A stretch of DNA of 64,000 bases from an uncultured delta proteobacterium (GTDB lineage Bacteria > Desulfobacterota > RBG-13-43-22). This document shows positions 1 through 10,761 of this stretch, piece after piece; the stretch's first letter is position 1; each line of letters starts with the position of its first letter. The stretch covers positions 1,440,001 to 1,504,000 of the forward strand of contig CAWBOS010000012.1 in NCBI GenBank assembly GCA_963790475.1, read 5' to 3'. The notes beneath the pieces are model-generated. The model searched no databases, had not been told where the DNA came from, and worked only from the letters and a program-made list of their open reading frames with translations. A program made the translations under genes and the position numbers.

Positions 1-232
1 AGCGAGCTGGAGGTGAAGCTGATTTATAGAATTCATACTGATGGTATGACCATGAGGGTAGAGCGATAGATTCTTGCAGGCAAGCAATAAACTTGCAAAA
101 ATCTTCTTGGTTGGGTTCAACTCATCTTCTGAAGAGTTTTTTCCTGCAGAGGTGGGTTGATTATGCTGAAGGTTCATAAGCTGACCATTAAAGTATCATG
201 CTGCTGCCAAGGGTTAATAATTCTAACCTCAT

Positions 233-1576
233 CTATCCTTTTTGGGGTTTGTTCTCATACATCAATTTGTCGGCCTGGGCCAACAGGGCATCTATGGAAC
301 AAGGGTTTCGAGGATCAAAAAAAGCAACGCCCAGGCTCAGAGAGAGGGTATAGGCGCGCTTTGTTTGCCAATGATTGTCTTTCAGGACATTCTTAAGGCG
401 TTGGATCAGTTTTTCTGCCGAAGTCTCAAAGCCATTCGTGGCCAAAATAACAAATTCATCACCGCCTATGCGGGCAATGATATCCGATTCTCTAAATGTT
501 TCTTTGAGTATTTGGGAAGTATCCACCAGGGCTTGATCACCTTCTTTATGGCCGAAGGTATCATTAATTCCTTTCAAATTATCCAAGTCTCCGAAAATAA
601 GAAGCATTTCTGTTCTCATCCGTTGGGCATTCTTTAACCACTGGTCCGCCAAGGCAAAGAAACCCCGGCGATTATAGAGACCGGTCAAGTCATCTTTAAG
701 GGATAAGGTCTTAAGGGCCTCCTCGGCCAGTTTACGGTCGGTGATATCTCTTAAATAGACCAGGGAAACAGTTTCTCCCCGATAAATCGTTTTAGTGGCC
801 GAGGCTTCAATATTAAGGCATTTCCCGTTCTTCCCTTGGCCTCTAAATTCATATTTATCAGGAACCGATTCACCTTTCTGCCGTCGACGGTTGGTATTTA
901 CTACCAACTCCCGGTCATCAGGATAGATCAGCATAGAAACCGGCTGGCCTATGATTTCCTCCGGTCGATCATACCCAAAGATTTCAATCATCTTTTGATT
1001 GACAAAGATGTGCCGGTCCCCTTTAACCAGGGCAATACCGTCATTGGATTTTTCAATCAACACCCGATATCGTTCCTCACTCTCCCGTAATGCTTCTTCG
1101 GCCTCTTTGCGTTTGGTGATGTCACTCAGAAAATTCAGGGTGGCTATTCTTCCCTTCCAGTTTATCGCCACAACGTTTAGTTCTACCCACTTGACGTTGC
1201 CGTCTTTATGTATAATCCGAAAATCATAGATTTGAGAAATCTCCTCACCTTTCATTCGCCTGACATGTCGGTCGATCACCATATCCTGATCATCCGGGTG
1301 AATGAACTCAACAAATGGTCTTGACAAGATTTCCCCGGCGGAATAGCCGATCATGATAACGGTTCTCGGATTGAGAAATACCAGTTTACCGTCCTGCGCC
1401 ACAAAAATGGCCTCGTTGGCATTCTCAAAGAGGCTTCGGTAGTTTTCCTCGCTCTCCCTGAGCGCCTCCTTCGCCCGCGGGCGATCATTTTCTGACTTTT
1501 CGAGTTCAGCAGTCCTCCGGCGAAGATGTTCCGGTTTCTGGATCAGTTGTTCTTCAGTGGGAATCTCAGATTTCAT
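233..1576 (-). CDS. PAS-PAS-GGDEF diguanylate cyclase
   Basis: Two PAS S-box repeats (EENYRSLFENANEAI; EERYRVLIEKSNDGI), then D-LTGLYNRR, DLDNLKGINDTFGH and intact RIGGDEF with an RESD I-site. Confidence 0.93.
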   Translation of the reverse strand: MKSEIPTEEQLIQKPEHLRRRTAELEKSENDRPRAKEALRESEENYRSLFENANEAIFVAQDGKLVFLNPRTVIMIGYSAGEILSRPFVEFIHPDDQDMVIDRHVRRMKGEEISQIYDFRIIHKDGNVKWVELNVVAINWKGRIATLNFLSDITKRKEAEEALRESEERYRVLIEKSNDGIALVKGDRHIFVNQKMIEIFGYDRPEEIIGQPVSMLIYPDDRELVVNTNRRRQKGESVPDKYEFRGQGKNGKCLNIEASATKTIYRGETVSLVYLRDITDRKLAEEALKTLSLKDDLTGLYNRRGFFALADQWLKNAQRMRTEMLLIFGDLDNLKGINDTFGHKEGDQALVDTSQILKETFRESDIIARIGGDEFVILATNGFETSAEKLIQRLKNVLKDNHWQTKRAYTLSLSLGVAFFDPRNPCSIDALLAQADKLMYENKPQKG

Positions 1577-1666
1577 CTTTTACTTTTCCAATTTCCAGTA
1601 GGCTTTCGGACAGGATTGATCGTTTTTTTATCGGCCACCGGAGAAACCCATATGAACGACAGGTGG

Positions 1667-1870
1667 TCATCGGCTATCCTCCTGGTTTCCATTTTTAATT
1701 CTATTCTTAAACCAAATCTCAATATCGTTACGGTCAAACCGCCAATGCCTGCCGATTTTTGTCCCGGGGATCTGACCTTCGCGGCAAAGTTTATAAATGA
1801 TCGACTTAGGGATTCTCAACCATCTCGATACTTCATCCGCTTTGAGAACTTCATCTTTAAAATGTCTCAT
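1667..1870 (-). CDS. Excisionase-like helix-turn-helix DNA-binding protein (HTH_17 type)
   Basis: 67 aa; VLKADEVSRWLRIPKSIIYKLCREGQIPGTKIGRHWRF pattern; AGGA upstream. Confidence 0.85.
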   Translation of the reverse strand: MRHFKDEVLKADEVSRWLRIPKSIIYKLCREGQIPGTKIGRHWRFDRNDIEIWFKNRIKNGNQEDSR

Positions 1871-1936
1871 AAAAATTCCTTTTTCTGGTAAAGGCCCGGA
1901 AAGCCCATTTTCCCAGTTACTTTCTCTTGTCTTTAT

Positions 1937-1952
1937 AGCAACAATTAGGCCA
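1937..1952 (-). promoter_or_regulatory. Putative sigma-54 -24/-12 promoter for the HTH + diguanylate cyclase genes
   Basis: Minus strand TGGCCTAATTGTTGCT = GG-N10-GC, about 67 bp upstream of the 1870 start. Confidence 0.6.
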
Positions 1953-2204
1953 TTAAAGGTTTAAATGGTGAAATTAATGTTATTTTGGGGGGTTAAGGTA
2001 TAGGTGAAGTCTGTGAGGGTTGTGAATATTTTCAGAAACAGATCATAATGAAGATAATCGGACAAATTTTGTATTATTTTGAACAAGAAATGAGTCGTTC
2101 TCAGGATCTTTAGAGTTGAGCAGGTGAGCTAAGAAATGAATAGAGCTATCCTCCCTTTTGGGGCAGATGCGCCTGACCTCGGATGATTGGCTCTATTTTT
2201 CTCC

Positions 2205-2233
2205 TTGACCGTGTCTTTTTCTTTCCTTATACT
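2205..2233 (+). promoter_or_regulatory. Putative sigma-70 promoter of the pilin operon
   Basis: TTGACC-N17-TATACT upstream of 2386. Confidence 0.55.
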
Positions 2234-2385
2234 TTTTATTAAAGAAGGAAATTCAGGTTAACCATTAAAGAATATTAAAGTTCTCTTGGGATCTTTCGAT
2301 GAAGAATGAATGAAGAATAAGATAAATTCTATCCCGGCGACCGCTCATTCTTAAAGAGCTGAATGACGAGGTATCCAACTCGATT

Positions 2386-2850
2386 ATGGCCATAAAAAAC
2401 AATTCCGGTTTTACTATTATTGAGCTGATTGTTGTTATTGCCGTGATAGGCATTTTAGCGGTAATTGCCATCGTTTCTATCGGAAACCCTCGGGGGTCTC
2501 AAGCCATTGCCGAAGCGGAGGCCCTGAAGGCCAACCTGAGGTTTACCCAATCCAAAGCCATGAGTGATCTGCCGGGAAATACCTGGGGCTTGAATATCAC
2601 TTCGTCCGATTATACGATTCAGCGAAATGGAGGGGTGCCCAATCCCCCGGTCAACCTTCCCGGCTCGAATTCAGGGACCTACACCCTGCCCACCGGCCAG
2701 ACGATCACCTCTGGGACCGGACTGATCCGGTTCAATTTCCGGGGGCAGCCGGTCGATGCCTCGGGAAGCCCCCTGGCGGCCAATTATACTATTACAGTCA
2801 ATAGCGCCCCCCAGGTCACCGTCACCCGGGAGACGGGATTTGTTCCATGA
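2386..2850 (+). CDS. Type IV minor pilin/pseudopilin (MshC/GspH-like)
   Basis: Prepilin motif SG|FTIIELIVVIAVIGIL; C-terminal IRFNFRGQP..VTRETGFV. Confidence 0.88.
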   Translation: MAIKNNSGFTIIELIVVIAVIGILAVIAIVSIGNPRGSQAIAEAEALKANLRFTQSKAMSDLPGNTWGLNITSSDYTIQRNGGVPNPPVNLPGSNSGTYTLPTGQTITSGTGLIRFNFRGQPVDASGSPLAANYTITVNSAPQVTVTRETGFVP

Positions 2851-3285
2851 ATAAGTGTGGTCTAAACCAAACTTGGGGCTTCACCCTCATCGAACTGGTC
2901 ATCACCATAGCCCTGGCCGGGATTGTCATGATGATGATTATGCCCTTTTTCCAATCCGGCATTACCACCAGCCACCTGCCCGCCCAGCGGCTTCAGGACG
3001 CAGTGACCCTTCAACGGGTCATGGAAAGCATAAACGGGGCCTATGGAAAGGGCCTCAAGGACACAGCATCCTCTGAATACTCTTTCTGCTGCTATCGGTT
3101 CAGCCGGGTCTTCGCCTAACAACCAGTTCGGCGCCTATACCGTTTTGGAAAACAGTTTTATCACTTTTCAGAATAACGGGAACGAACAAGCAGGGGGCAC
3201 GCTTATTTTAAAAGTAACCATCTGCAGCCCGTCCACCCCCGGCCATCAATTAACCCAGCTTTTTACCGTGCAGGTCCTCCATTGA
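2847..3285 (+). CDS. Type IV minor pilin (MshD-like), split by a frameshift near 3065
   Basis: G|FTLIELVITIALAG in ORF 2847-3119; plausible C-terminus (LKVTICSP..LTQLFTV) in ORF 3043-3285. Confidence 0.75.
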
Positions 3286-3295
3286 TCGAGGGTTC

Positions 3296-3820
3296 ATGAC
3301 CTTACTTCCAGAGCAAAAAGGTTTCACCCTTATCGAGCTCATCGTGGTCATGGTCGTCCTGGGGATACTGATGTCGGTTGGACTCTTCGGGCTCCAACGG
3401 GCTATGGACGGCTATAATCTGGCCCGGGCCAGCGCCACATCCACGCAAAAGGCCCAAATCGCCCTGGATCGCATCACCATCGAACTGTCCCATATCACCA
3501 GCTTGGCAGGTGCAGGTTATAACATTTTGGCCGGGACCGGGAACAGTATTACCTATACCTCTAACTTCGATGTGACGGACCCCCCCCCCCGCCACTCCAT
3601 CGATCAAAATGCGAACCTAGTCCGGCTGGATACCGATGACACAAAACCGCTTATTGACGGGGTGATAACCAACGGGCTGCAATTCACCTATTTTGACGGC
3701 AACGGCAATTCGGTGGCAGCCACCAGTACGGACATGCACCTGATCGGAATTGCTTTAACCGTCCAGGTGACTTCCACTGCGACCCGAACGTTTAACGCCC
3801 GGGTAGCGTTGCAGCAATAA
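3296..3820 (+). CDS. Type IV minor pilin (MshO/PilW-like)
   Basis: KG|FTLIELIVVMVVLG; LQFTYFDGNG motif. Confidence 0.87.
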   Translation: MTLLPEQKGFTLIELIVVMVVLGILMSVGLFGLQRAMDGYNLARASATSTQKAQIALDRITIELSHITSLAGAGYNILAGTGNSITYTSNFDVTDPPPRHSIDQNANLVRLDTDDTKPLIDGVITNGLQFTYFDGNGNSVAATSTDMHLIGIALTVQVTSTATRTFNARVALQQ

Positions 3821-3850
3821 GCTATGTTAGAAAACAGGAGATGGCAAACT

Positions 3851-5553
3851 ATGATCGCACCCAACAACCCCAAAGGGTTTTCCCTCATCTATCTTATCGT
3901 TATCATGTTGGTCCTGGCCGCCATAGGGGCCGCCATTTATTCCTTCACCACCAGTACCTCTTATACGGAATTGGCGGAAAATAATCGAAACCGCGCCTAC
4001 CAGTTGGCCGTAGCGGGGATGAATTACGCCGCGGAGGAATACGCCGCCGGGGTCGATTTAGCCAGTACCCAATTCCAAACCAAGACCTATACCCTGGCCA
4101 ATAACCGGGGCCAGATCACTTATACCGTCAACCTGGTTACCGGCTCCTTAATCCCCTACTATGATGTCACATCCATCGGGACCGTAAATGGTAACGATGG
4201 GTTGCTTCTGGCCCGGGCCCAGGTCCGGTCCAGCAGCAAGCCCGGTACGCCCAATTATTTTTCCTCTGAGCCTCCGAACAATCACATCATCCTGTCCGAT
4301 ACCATGAACGATTTAAGCGGTTTCATAACCCAGGACCTGAAGGATGCCGCCAACAATACCATGGTCAGCATACAGTCTTACATGTCCACCGGCGGCACGC
4401 ATCTTTACTGGGCCGCCTTTACCAACACGGGGACCTATCCCCGTCACCGACTGGCGACAACCCAGGCTGCACCATGGGGTTTCACGTGGCCCGGATCAAC
4501 AATAATGCCGCCAATCAGCTCAGACAGTCCTGGCAAACCTATAATCACGTCAATTACGACACCCAGGCCAAGGTGGGCTGGTACGTGGGCCTTCAGGCGG
4601 CCGTCTCCGGGATTAATTTCCGCTGGCACGAAACGGCCCACAATTCCGGCCTGTTCCAAGGCTACGGCCTGGCTTTCATGCGCTATACCTACAGCGCCTC
4701 CGGCTGCGGGTCCGGGTATGACTATATCCCCAACAGCATCAAGCCGCCGGGACTGGCCAATAAGCTGCTGCTGGTCCTCTGGGAGCAACGGGTTGAAGGC
4801 GGGGTGGAAAAGAGGCGCTGGCTGGCCTATGCCGATTTGGGCACCCCGGCAACCTACCCCAATCCCCGTACCGGGAATGACTTGAAGGTTGTCGGGGCCC
4901 AGGATGACGTGGACGGTCTAATAAACGATGACTCTCTGGTGATGGTCCGCATCAAAGAGAATCTATCCCCGCCAGGTAAGGCGGACCAGCGGGTCAACGA
5001 AATCAACGTTTTTTACGGGGATGCCTCCCCCTACTACGATGGTGTGCGAACCCCCAACTCGGTGGCCACCGATATCACCCGGAAAAGGATGTTTCCGCAA
5101 TGGATCCGGCCGGATCTCTTTCCCAGTTGGCCTTCCAATAAACTGGGCTTGTTCAGCTATACCGATAGCGGAATTCCCTATGCCATCAATAACTTCTGGG
5201 TCCCGGATTCCACGACCACCGATCCCACCTACTACGATTTCTTCACCCTGGTCAGTGCTTCGAACAAAATCGGTCCGGAACCGCCCGTCGACCACGCCGG
5301 GAGCGAACCCGGTACAATGGATCATCAATCCCGCTTTCGCCGATACGAGATCCGATACGGGCAGCGTCTCCCAGCTAACACCGATCTGGTAACCCTGCTG
5401 CCCGATAAAGCCACCCTGCGGACCTACAAGTTTGTCCTCAATGCTTTTAAATCCTGGAACAAGGAGGTAGGTCTCCATGCCATGGGAAATTTAAATAATT
5501 CGGACCGGGTCGTGGCCTTTGACGACTTTGCCCTTCAAATCCTGGGCCGATGA
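3851..5553 (+). CDS. Large pilus-associated protein with PilX/MshP-like N-terminus (possible tip adhesin), frameshifted near 4445
   Basis: KG|FSLIYLIVIMLV (no E5) plus RAYQLAVAGMNYA; continues in ORF 4474-5553 ending AFDDFALQILGR; AGGAG before ATG 3851. Confidence 0.7.
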
Positions 5554-5636
5554 GAAAGAGTGTTTCACGGAATTCTGAATTCCGGGGTCAGAAGCCGGAA
5601 TAAATAAAAAGGGTATTTATCCCTGCGAGGTGAACG

Positions 5637-5867
5637 ATGAATTTTTTAAATTTAAAAATAACAGGGATTCTCCTGGGCGGCTTTTTGTTTTTGGGGGCCA
5701 GCGGCGGGCAGGCCTTGGTATCCCCCGAGCATTACGAGAGAATGAAAATGCAAAACAAGCAGAAAACCAAGGAAGCCGAAAAAGTTCAACCGCAAGTGCC
5801 TGTCAAAATCCAGGTCCATCAGCCGGGCGAAGGTCGTCCCCCCGCCGGCAAAGCCGGGCAGAAGTAG
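5637..5867 (+). CDS. Small secreted hypothetical protein
   Basis: GAGG RBS, signal-peptide-like N-terminus, 76 aa. Confidence 0.55.
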   Translation: MNFLNLKITGILLGGFLFLGASGGQALVSPEHYERMKMQNKQKTKEAEKVQPQVPVKIQVHQPGEGRPPAGKAGQK

Positions 5868-6297
5868 TTCTTAAGGGGTAAGGCTCGAATTAGCGGTCTT
5901 GCCCGACTGTTAAGATTAACTGTTGGATGAAAACTTCGATCAGAAGTCGTTATCTTGCTTCTCGCTAAGCGGGAACATCAGCCCGGTCATAATCTGCTAA
6001 AATCCTGAAATCCGTTTCCTCGGGATGACTAGGCTCTTCCGCCACTTATGAGATCTGATCCTTTCGTCTTTCCAAAATCCACCTGGCAGCCATTCTTGCC
6101 GCTGCCGACAGGCATCAGCCATTTATAAGGCAAAACGAGTGTTTCAAATTCTCCTTTCCCTCACTTCCTGGCCTTGATTCCATATCTTGTATAATGATTA
6201 TAAAATTATACCAGATATGGAGTTTTTTCTTGACTTTTCTCCTTTTTGAAAGTACACAATATTTAAGCCGAAAAGTCTTCATTGACAAAGGAAACCC

Positions 6298-8111
6298 GTG
6301 TATTCATTTCAACTGACCAAAAATTTTATAGGAATCGATATCGGGACTCATTCCCTGAAAATCGCCGAATGCCAACGTGCCGGGGACAAGGTCACCCTGC
6401 TTAATTACGAAATTATTCGCCTGCCGGAAGGATCGGGATCCAATCAGGCCTTATCTCCCAGGAAATCTCCTCCTTTATCCGAGATACTCTGAAAAGATTG
6501 GGCATCAAGACTTCGGACACCGTCTCGGAAGTCACCGGTCCCTGGACGGTTGCCAGGCACCTTTTTATGACCGATCTGGCCGATGATGAAATGAGAGAAG
6601 CGATCCGCTGGGGTTCCAAGGCCGATTTCCCTTTTGCCCTGGAAGAGGCCATCATTGATTTTTATAAATTGGAGGTCTTAAAAAAAGAGGAAGGGGAGTC
6701 GGAAGCCGAGATTATCTCCGCCGTAGCCACCCGGGAAGTGGTCGAGGAACAAGTGGCCCTTTTAAAGGAAGCCGGATTGAAACCTCTTTTCCTTTCCATC
6801 CCTTCATTCAGTTTAATGCAGGCCTACCGTGTCACCCAGCCTTCTCCCTGGTCTGAGACGGCGGCCATTATTGATTTGGGAAACAAAAGCACCCAGATCA
6901 TTGTCCTGAAAGAGGGGAAACTGAAATTCTCCCGGGAAATTGCAGTGGCCGGAGATGTCTTTACTCAATCTTTGACCGGAGTCTTATGAGATAAACGGAG
7001 AGAGGGAGGAGATAGACGAAACTGTGGCCGAAAGGATCAAGATCAAGATCGGCCTGTCGGAGGAGGAAGGGGCCGATCCGATCATTGAGGGGGTTCCCTG
7101 GGATCAGGTCCAAAAACGGCTCGGTTCGGTTATGGACCGGCTTCTTGCTCGAAGTTGAAAGATCATTAAACTATTATAAAAACCAGTTTAAAGACTACGA
7201 AATAAAAAGGATCCTTTTAACCGGAGGGGGTAGTCTTTTAAAAGGTCTTCCGGAGGCCCTGGAAAAAAATTTGGAAATTCCGGTCCATTTTTTCGAAACA
7301 GCCGGTTCGTTGACCCTTAAGAAAAAAATCAACGAAGACCTTTTCTTAAGGAATCTGCCCTTCCTGACTACTTTGTTGGGTCTGGTTACCCAGACTCAAC
7401 CTTTCATCAATCTGAGTTCCCAATATTCAGTCCCGCAAGTTAAAAAAATTTCCTATGGAAATTATTTAAAACCCATCCTGGCCAGTGCCTTGCCCCTGGG
7501 AGTAATTTTTTTCTTCGGCTCCCAATACTGGACCGCCAGCCGGCAGGTGACCCAGCTCCAGAAGGAGATAAACGGAAAAAAAGAACAGTTGGCCCGAGTG
7601 GGGAAACCAGTTGAGGAAATGGCCCGTCTGGAACAGGAAGAGGCCGGGTTGAATAAAGATCTGGAGGGATTTCCCAAGGTCGAAATCAGAAAACTCCCGT
7701 TAAACAATTTATTCCGGGAACTGGGCCGGATGGTGCCTTCCCAGATGACCTTAACCCACTTTGAATTTTCCAGGGCCCAGGAGGCCCGGAAAACACCGGA
7801 GGTTGCGGCCGGTGCTCCCAAGGCGGGAGGGGCTGATGGAAAGACTACGGAGATCAAGGCCGTAACCAATACCGAAAAGGGGAAGCGGGAGTTCCAATTG
7901 ACGATTCAAGGTTTGATTTTCGGCTCAGACCAGGAAATTATTGCCACCTTGTCCGGAGTTTGCCAAGGCTCTGAACCGGTCTTCTTTTTTTAAAGAGGCT
8001 AAGGTGCAAACCACTTTAAAAAGCACCGAATATTCGAAGGGGGCCGCAGAATTTAAAATCCTGACTAAGCTCAGGGAAGGGGCTGGTCCGTCATTGGGAG
8101 GGTCTTCCTGA
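6298..8111 (+). CDS. PilM-PilN-like fusion (MshI-like alignment subunit), interrupted by about 4 frameshifts
   Basis: Actin-like motifs IGIDIGTHSLK, IIDLGNKST, ILLTGGGSLLKGL, then TM plus coiled coil; pieces 6298-6492, 6498-6989, 7085-7993 and a tail ending at TGA 8109-8111 overlapping the next ATG. Confidence 0.8.
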
Positions 8112-8734
8112 TGGTCTTAAAGACTCGGGAAAAGATTATGATCGGGGTGGCTGTATTGGTTGGGGTGGTCATGGGTTTTGATCAATTTCTCACTCAACCC
8201 AAGAAAAAGGAGGTATTGGCCCTTCAAAAACAAGTTCAGGAATCCAATGAAAAGCTGGCTGCGGTTACCGGGTCTTTAGTCGGACTTAATCAGATCAGAA
8301 AAAGGGTGGAAGAAAAAAGAAAAGAGAAGGAAGCCTTGTCCGGCAGGATCCCTGATGACCGGCAGTTGGAAATTGTTCTGGACCAGTTGGGAAAAGAAAG
8401 CCACACTAAACAAATTGATTTGATTCAATTGAATATAAACGATCAACCTGCCGGAGGTCCGGCAGAAGATAAAGGCGGGGCCCAATCCGGATCCTTTAAA
8501 AAGGTGGTTATGGATATAGAGATGAATGCCGCTTTTGGGAATATCGGTCCCTCTTTGGAGAATATGCTATCCCTGCCCATTTTCTCGGAGTTCGAAAAAG
8601 TCGACATCAAGCGAAAGGAAGAAATATTTCCTAAATTGCAGGTGACGGTACAGCAGACTTTGTATATTTCTTCTTCTCCAAAGAAGGAATCCCATGGTGA
8701 GGGAGATGGTCAAAATATCCGGACAACGCCTTAA
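8111..8734 (+). CDS. PilO/MshJ-like protein
   Basis: LKTREKIMI + TM + coiled coil + ferredoxin-like C-terminus; operon position. Confidence 0.8.
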   Translation: MVLKTREKIMIGVAVLVGVVMGFDQFLTQPKKKEVLALQKQVQESNEKLAAVTGSLVGLNQIRKRVEEKRKEKEALSGRIPDDRQLEIVLDQLGKESHTKQIDLIQLNINDQPAGGPAEDKGGAQSGSFKKVVMDIEMNAAFGNIGPSLENMLSLPIFSEFEKVDIKRKEEIFPKLQVTVQQTLYISSSPKKESHGEGDGQNIRTTP

Positions 8735-8745
8735 TAAATTTAACT

Positions 8746-9156
8746 ATGTATTTTGGGTTATTTTCTCTCGTCTTCTTTTTAAACGGTTGGATTTTCCACA
8801 AGGCGGAAGGGGCTTCCGGGGAACGAGATCCCTTTGCCTTGCCGGCGGGGGTCCAAAAGGGCCGGACCATGCAAAAAAAAGAAGGAGCCGGTCCGGCAAA
8901 GACAGGGCAAGAATCGACACCGGGGTTTCGAGTGACCACAATCCTGGTCAGCGGCCGGACCAAAGTAGCGGGTATCAACGGGGTTCTGAGACAAAAAGGG
9001 GAAAAGGTTAACGGTTACCGAATCATGGAGATCGAAGAAAAACAAGTTACCTTGTCTCGGGGAAAGGAAAAACTGGTGCTGAAAATAGATGCGGAGGCCG
9101 GGTATTCCTTTAAAAAATTGAATTCAAAAAATCAAACTATGGGATTTTCAAAATGA
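8746..9156 (+). CDS. MshK/PilP-like protein
   Basis: RDPF motif, VAGINGVLRQKGEKVNGYRIMEIEEKQVTL; lies directly before the secretin. Confidence 0.72.
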   Translation: MYFGLFSLVFFLNGWIFHKAEGASGERDPFALPAGVQKGRTMQKKEGAGPAKTGQESTPGFRVTTILVSGRTKVAGINGVLRQKGEKVNGYRIMEIEEKQVTLSRGKEKLVLKIDAEAGYSFKKLNSKNQTMGFSK

Positions 9157-10757
9157 AAATCTATTATCAAGCGGCAATTACTTTGGTTTTCTTAGGGGTA
9201 TTGGCCGGGGGTGTTTTTGGGGCCGAGCTCCAGGGGAAAGATCTGACCTTGCCTTCCCTGGAGGGGGTTAAACCTTTGGAGGAGGGGCAGATCCCTGAAG
9301 AAAAATTGTATTCCCTCTCGGTCCGGGATGCCGACTTAAAGGAGGTCCTCTTCGCCTTTTCCAAAGATAACGGGGTCAATATTATTGTCGATCCGGATGT
9401 CTTTGGAAAGGTCACCGTGGATCTTAAAAAGGTTACCATGGCAGCGGCCCTGGATGCCTTGCTTAAACCCCTTGATCTGGACTATCAACAGGAAGGGAAC
9501 CTGATCCGGGTCACCCGGCCGAAGATGGAAACCCGCACCTTTATTTTAAATTATCTGACGACCATTCGTAAAGGTTCCGGATCGGTATCCGGTATCGGCG
9601 GATCCTCTGCGGCCAGCAGCTCTAAGACATACGGCGGATCGGTCTTAAGTCAGGTTATCACCGAGGATCACTCCGATCTTTGGGAGGAAATCAAAGAAGG
9701 CCTTAAGAATATTATCACCAAAAAAATGGGGAAAAGGGTTTTAAAGAGGGAAGGCGAGATTCTAAGCAAAGAGACTGATAAAACAGCCGGCGGAGAAAAA
9801 ACCGGCGCTTCCTATGTGGAGGAAATTGAGGCCGAAGGAGATGGGAAAGTCCTGATCAATAAAATGGCCGGTATGGTGATCGTGACCGATTATCCCAGCC
9901 GGCTTCGGGAAGTGGAAAAATTTCTGGCCAGGGTGGAAGAGACGGTTCAAAGGCAAGTTTTTATTGAAGCCAAAATAGTTGAGGTTTCCCTCAATGACAA
10001 TTTTCAATTGGGGGTCGATTGGCGTCTAATCCCCAATATTATGAATATGGGTGTCGGGGGGTTTGTCCGCCAGAGCCTAACCGGGACCACGAATTTCCCG
10101 GCCACCAACGCGATCCAGGTCGGGGTGGCCAATACCGATTTCAATGCCCTGGTGGATGCCCTGTCCACCCAGGGAAAGGTGGAGGTCCTTTCCAGCCCCA
10201 GGGTTTCCACCTTGAACAACCAGAAGGCCATTGTCAAGGCCGCGATCGAAGATGTTTATTTCGATGTCACTGTTGCCGCCGGTACCCCACCCATCACCAC
10301 CGCCACACCAAAATATATCACCATCGGGGTGATTCTGGATGTCACCCCTCAGATCGATGCCGACGGGACGATCATCATGGATATCCACCCCAGTGTCACC
10401 GAACGGGTCAGTACCGCCACCTTTAAGGATACCGGTCAGCAGGCCCCGATCATCAGTGTTCGGGAGACCCAGACCATTGTCCGGGTTCGGGATGGACAAA
10501 CGATATTGATTGCCGGGCTGATGCAGTCCAAAGAATCGGAACAATTGAACGGCCTTCCCTGTTTGATGAACATACCGGTAGCCGGGCAAGCCTTCCGTCA
10601 AACCCGGAGAGATAAAACCAAGTCGGAGATCGTGATCTTGATCACCCCCAATTTATATACCGGTCGAAAGATCATTGATTTTACCAGGCAGGGGAACCAG
10701 ACCATCCAGGACTACCGCTCCCAGCCTGCGCCCGGGCGTTATGACCTGGTGAAGTGA
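9153..10757 (+). CDS. mshL: Secretin, MSHA-type (MshL)
   Basis: STN-like N-terminus, TRTFILNYL, QVFIEAKIVEV, VLSSPRVSTLNNQKA, GQTILIAGL, EIVILITP. Confidence 0.88.
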   Translation: MKIYYQAAITLVFLGVLAGGVFGAELQGKDLTLPSLEGVKPLEEGQIPEEKLYSLSVRDADLKEVLFAFSKDNGVNIIVDPDVFGKVTVDLKKVTMAAALDALLKPLDLDYQQEGNLIRVTRPKMETRTFILNYLTTIRKGSGSVSGIGGSSAASSSKTYGGSVLSQVITEDHSDLWEEIKEGLKNIITKKMGKRVLKREGEILSKETDKTAGGEKTGASYVEEIEAEGDGKVLINKMAGMVIVTDYPSRLREVEKFLARVEETVQRQVFIEAKIVEVSLNDNFQLGVDWRLIPNIMNMGVGGFVRQSLTGTTNFPATNAIQVGVANTDFNALVDALSTQGKVEVLSSPRVSTLNNQKAIVKAAIEDVYFDVTVAAGTPPITTATPKYITIGVILDVTPQIDADGTIIMDIHPSVTERVSTATFKDTGQQAPIISVRETQTIVRVRDGQTILIAGLMQSKESEQLNGLPCLMNIPVAGQAFRQTRRDKTKSEIVILITPNLYTGRKIIDFTRQGNQTIQDYRSQPAPGRYDLVK

Positions 10758-10761
10758 TCCT

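Noticed and set aside
5960-6035. Additional REP copy in the pilus cluster spacer
   Set aside because: Only remnants (GCGGGAA..CGGGATGAC); too degenerate to call.
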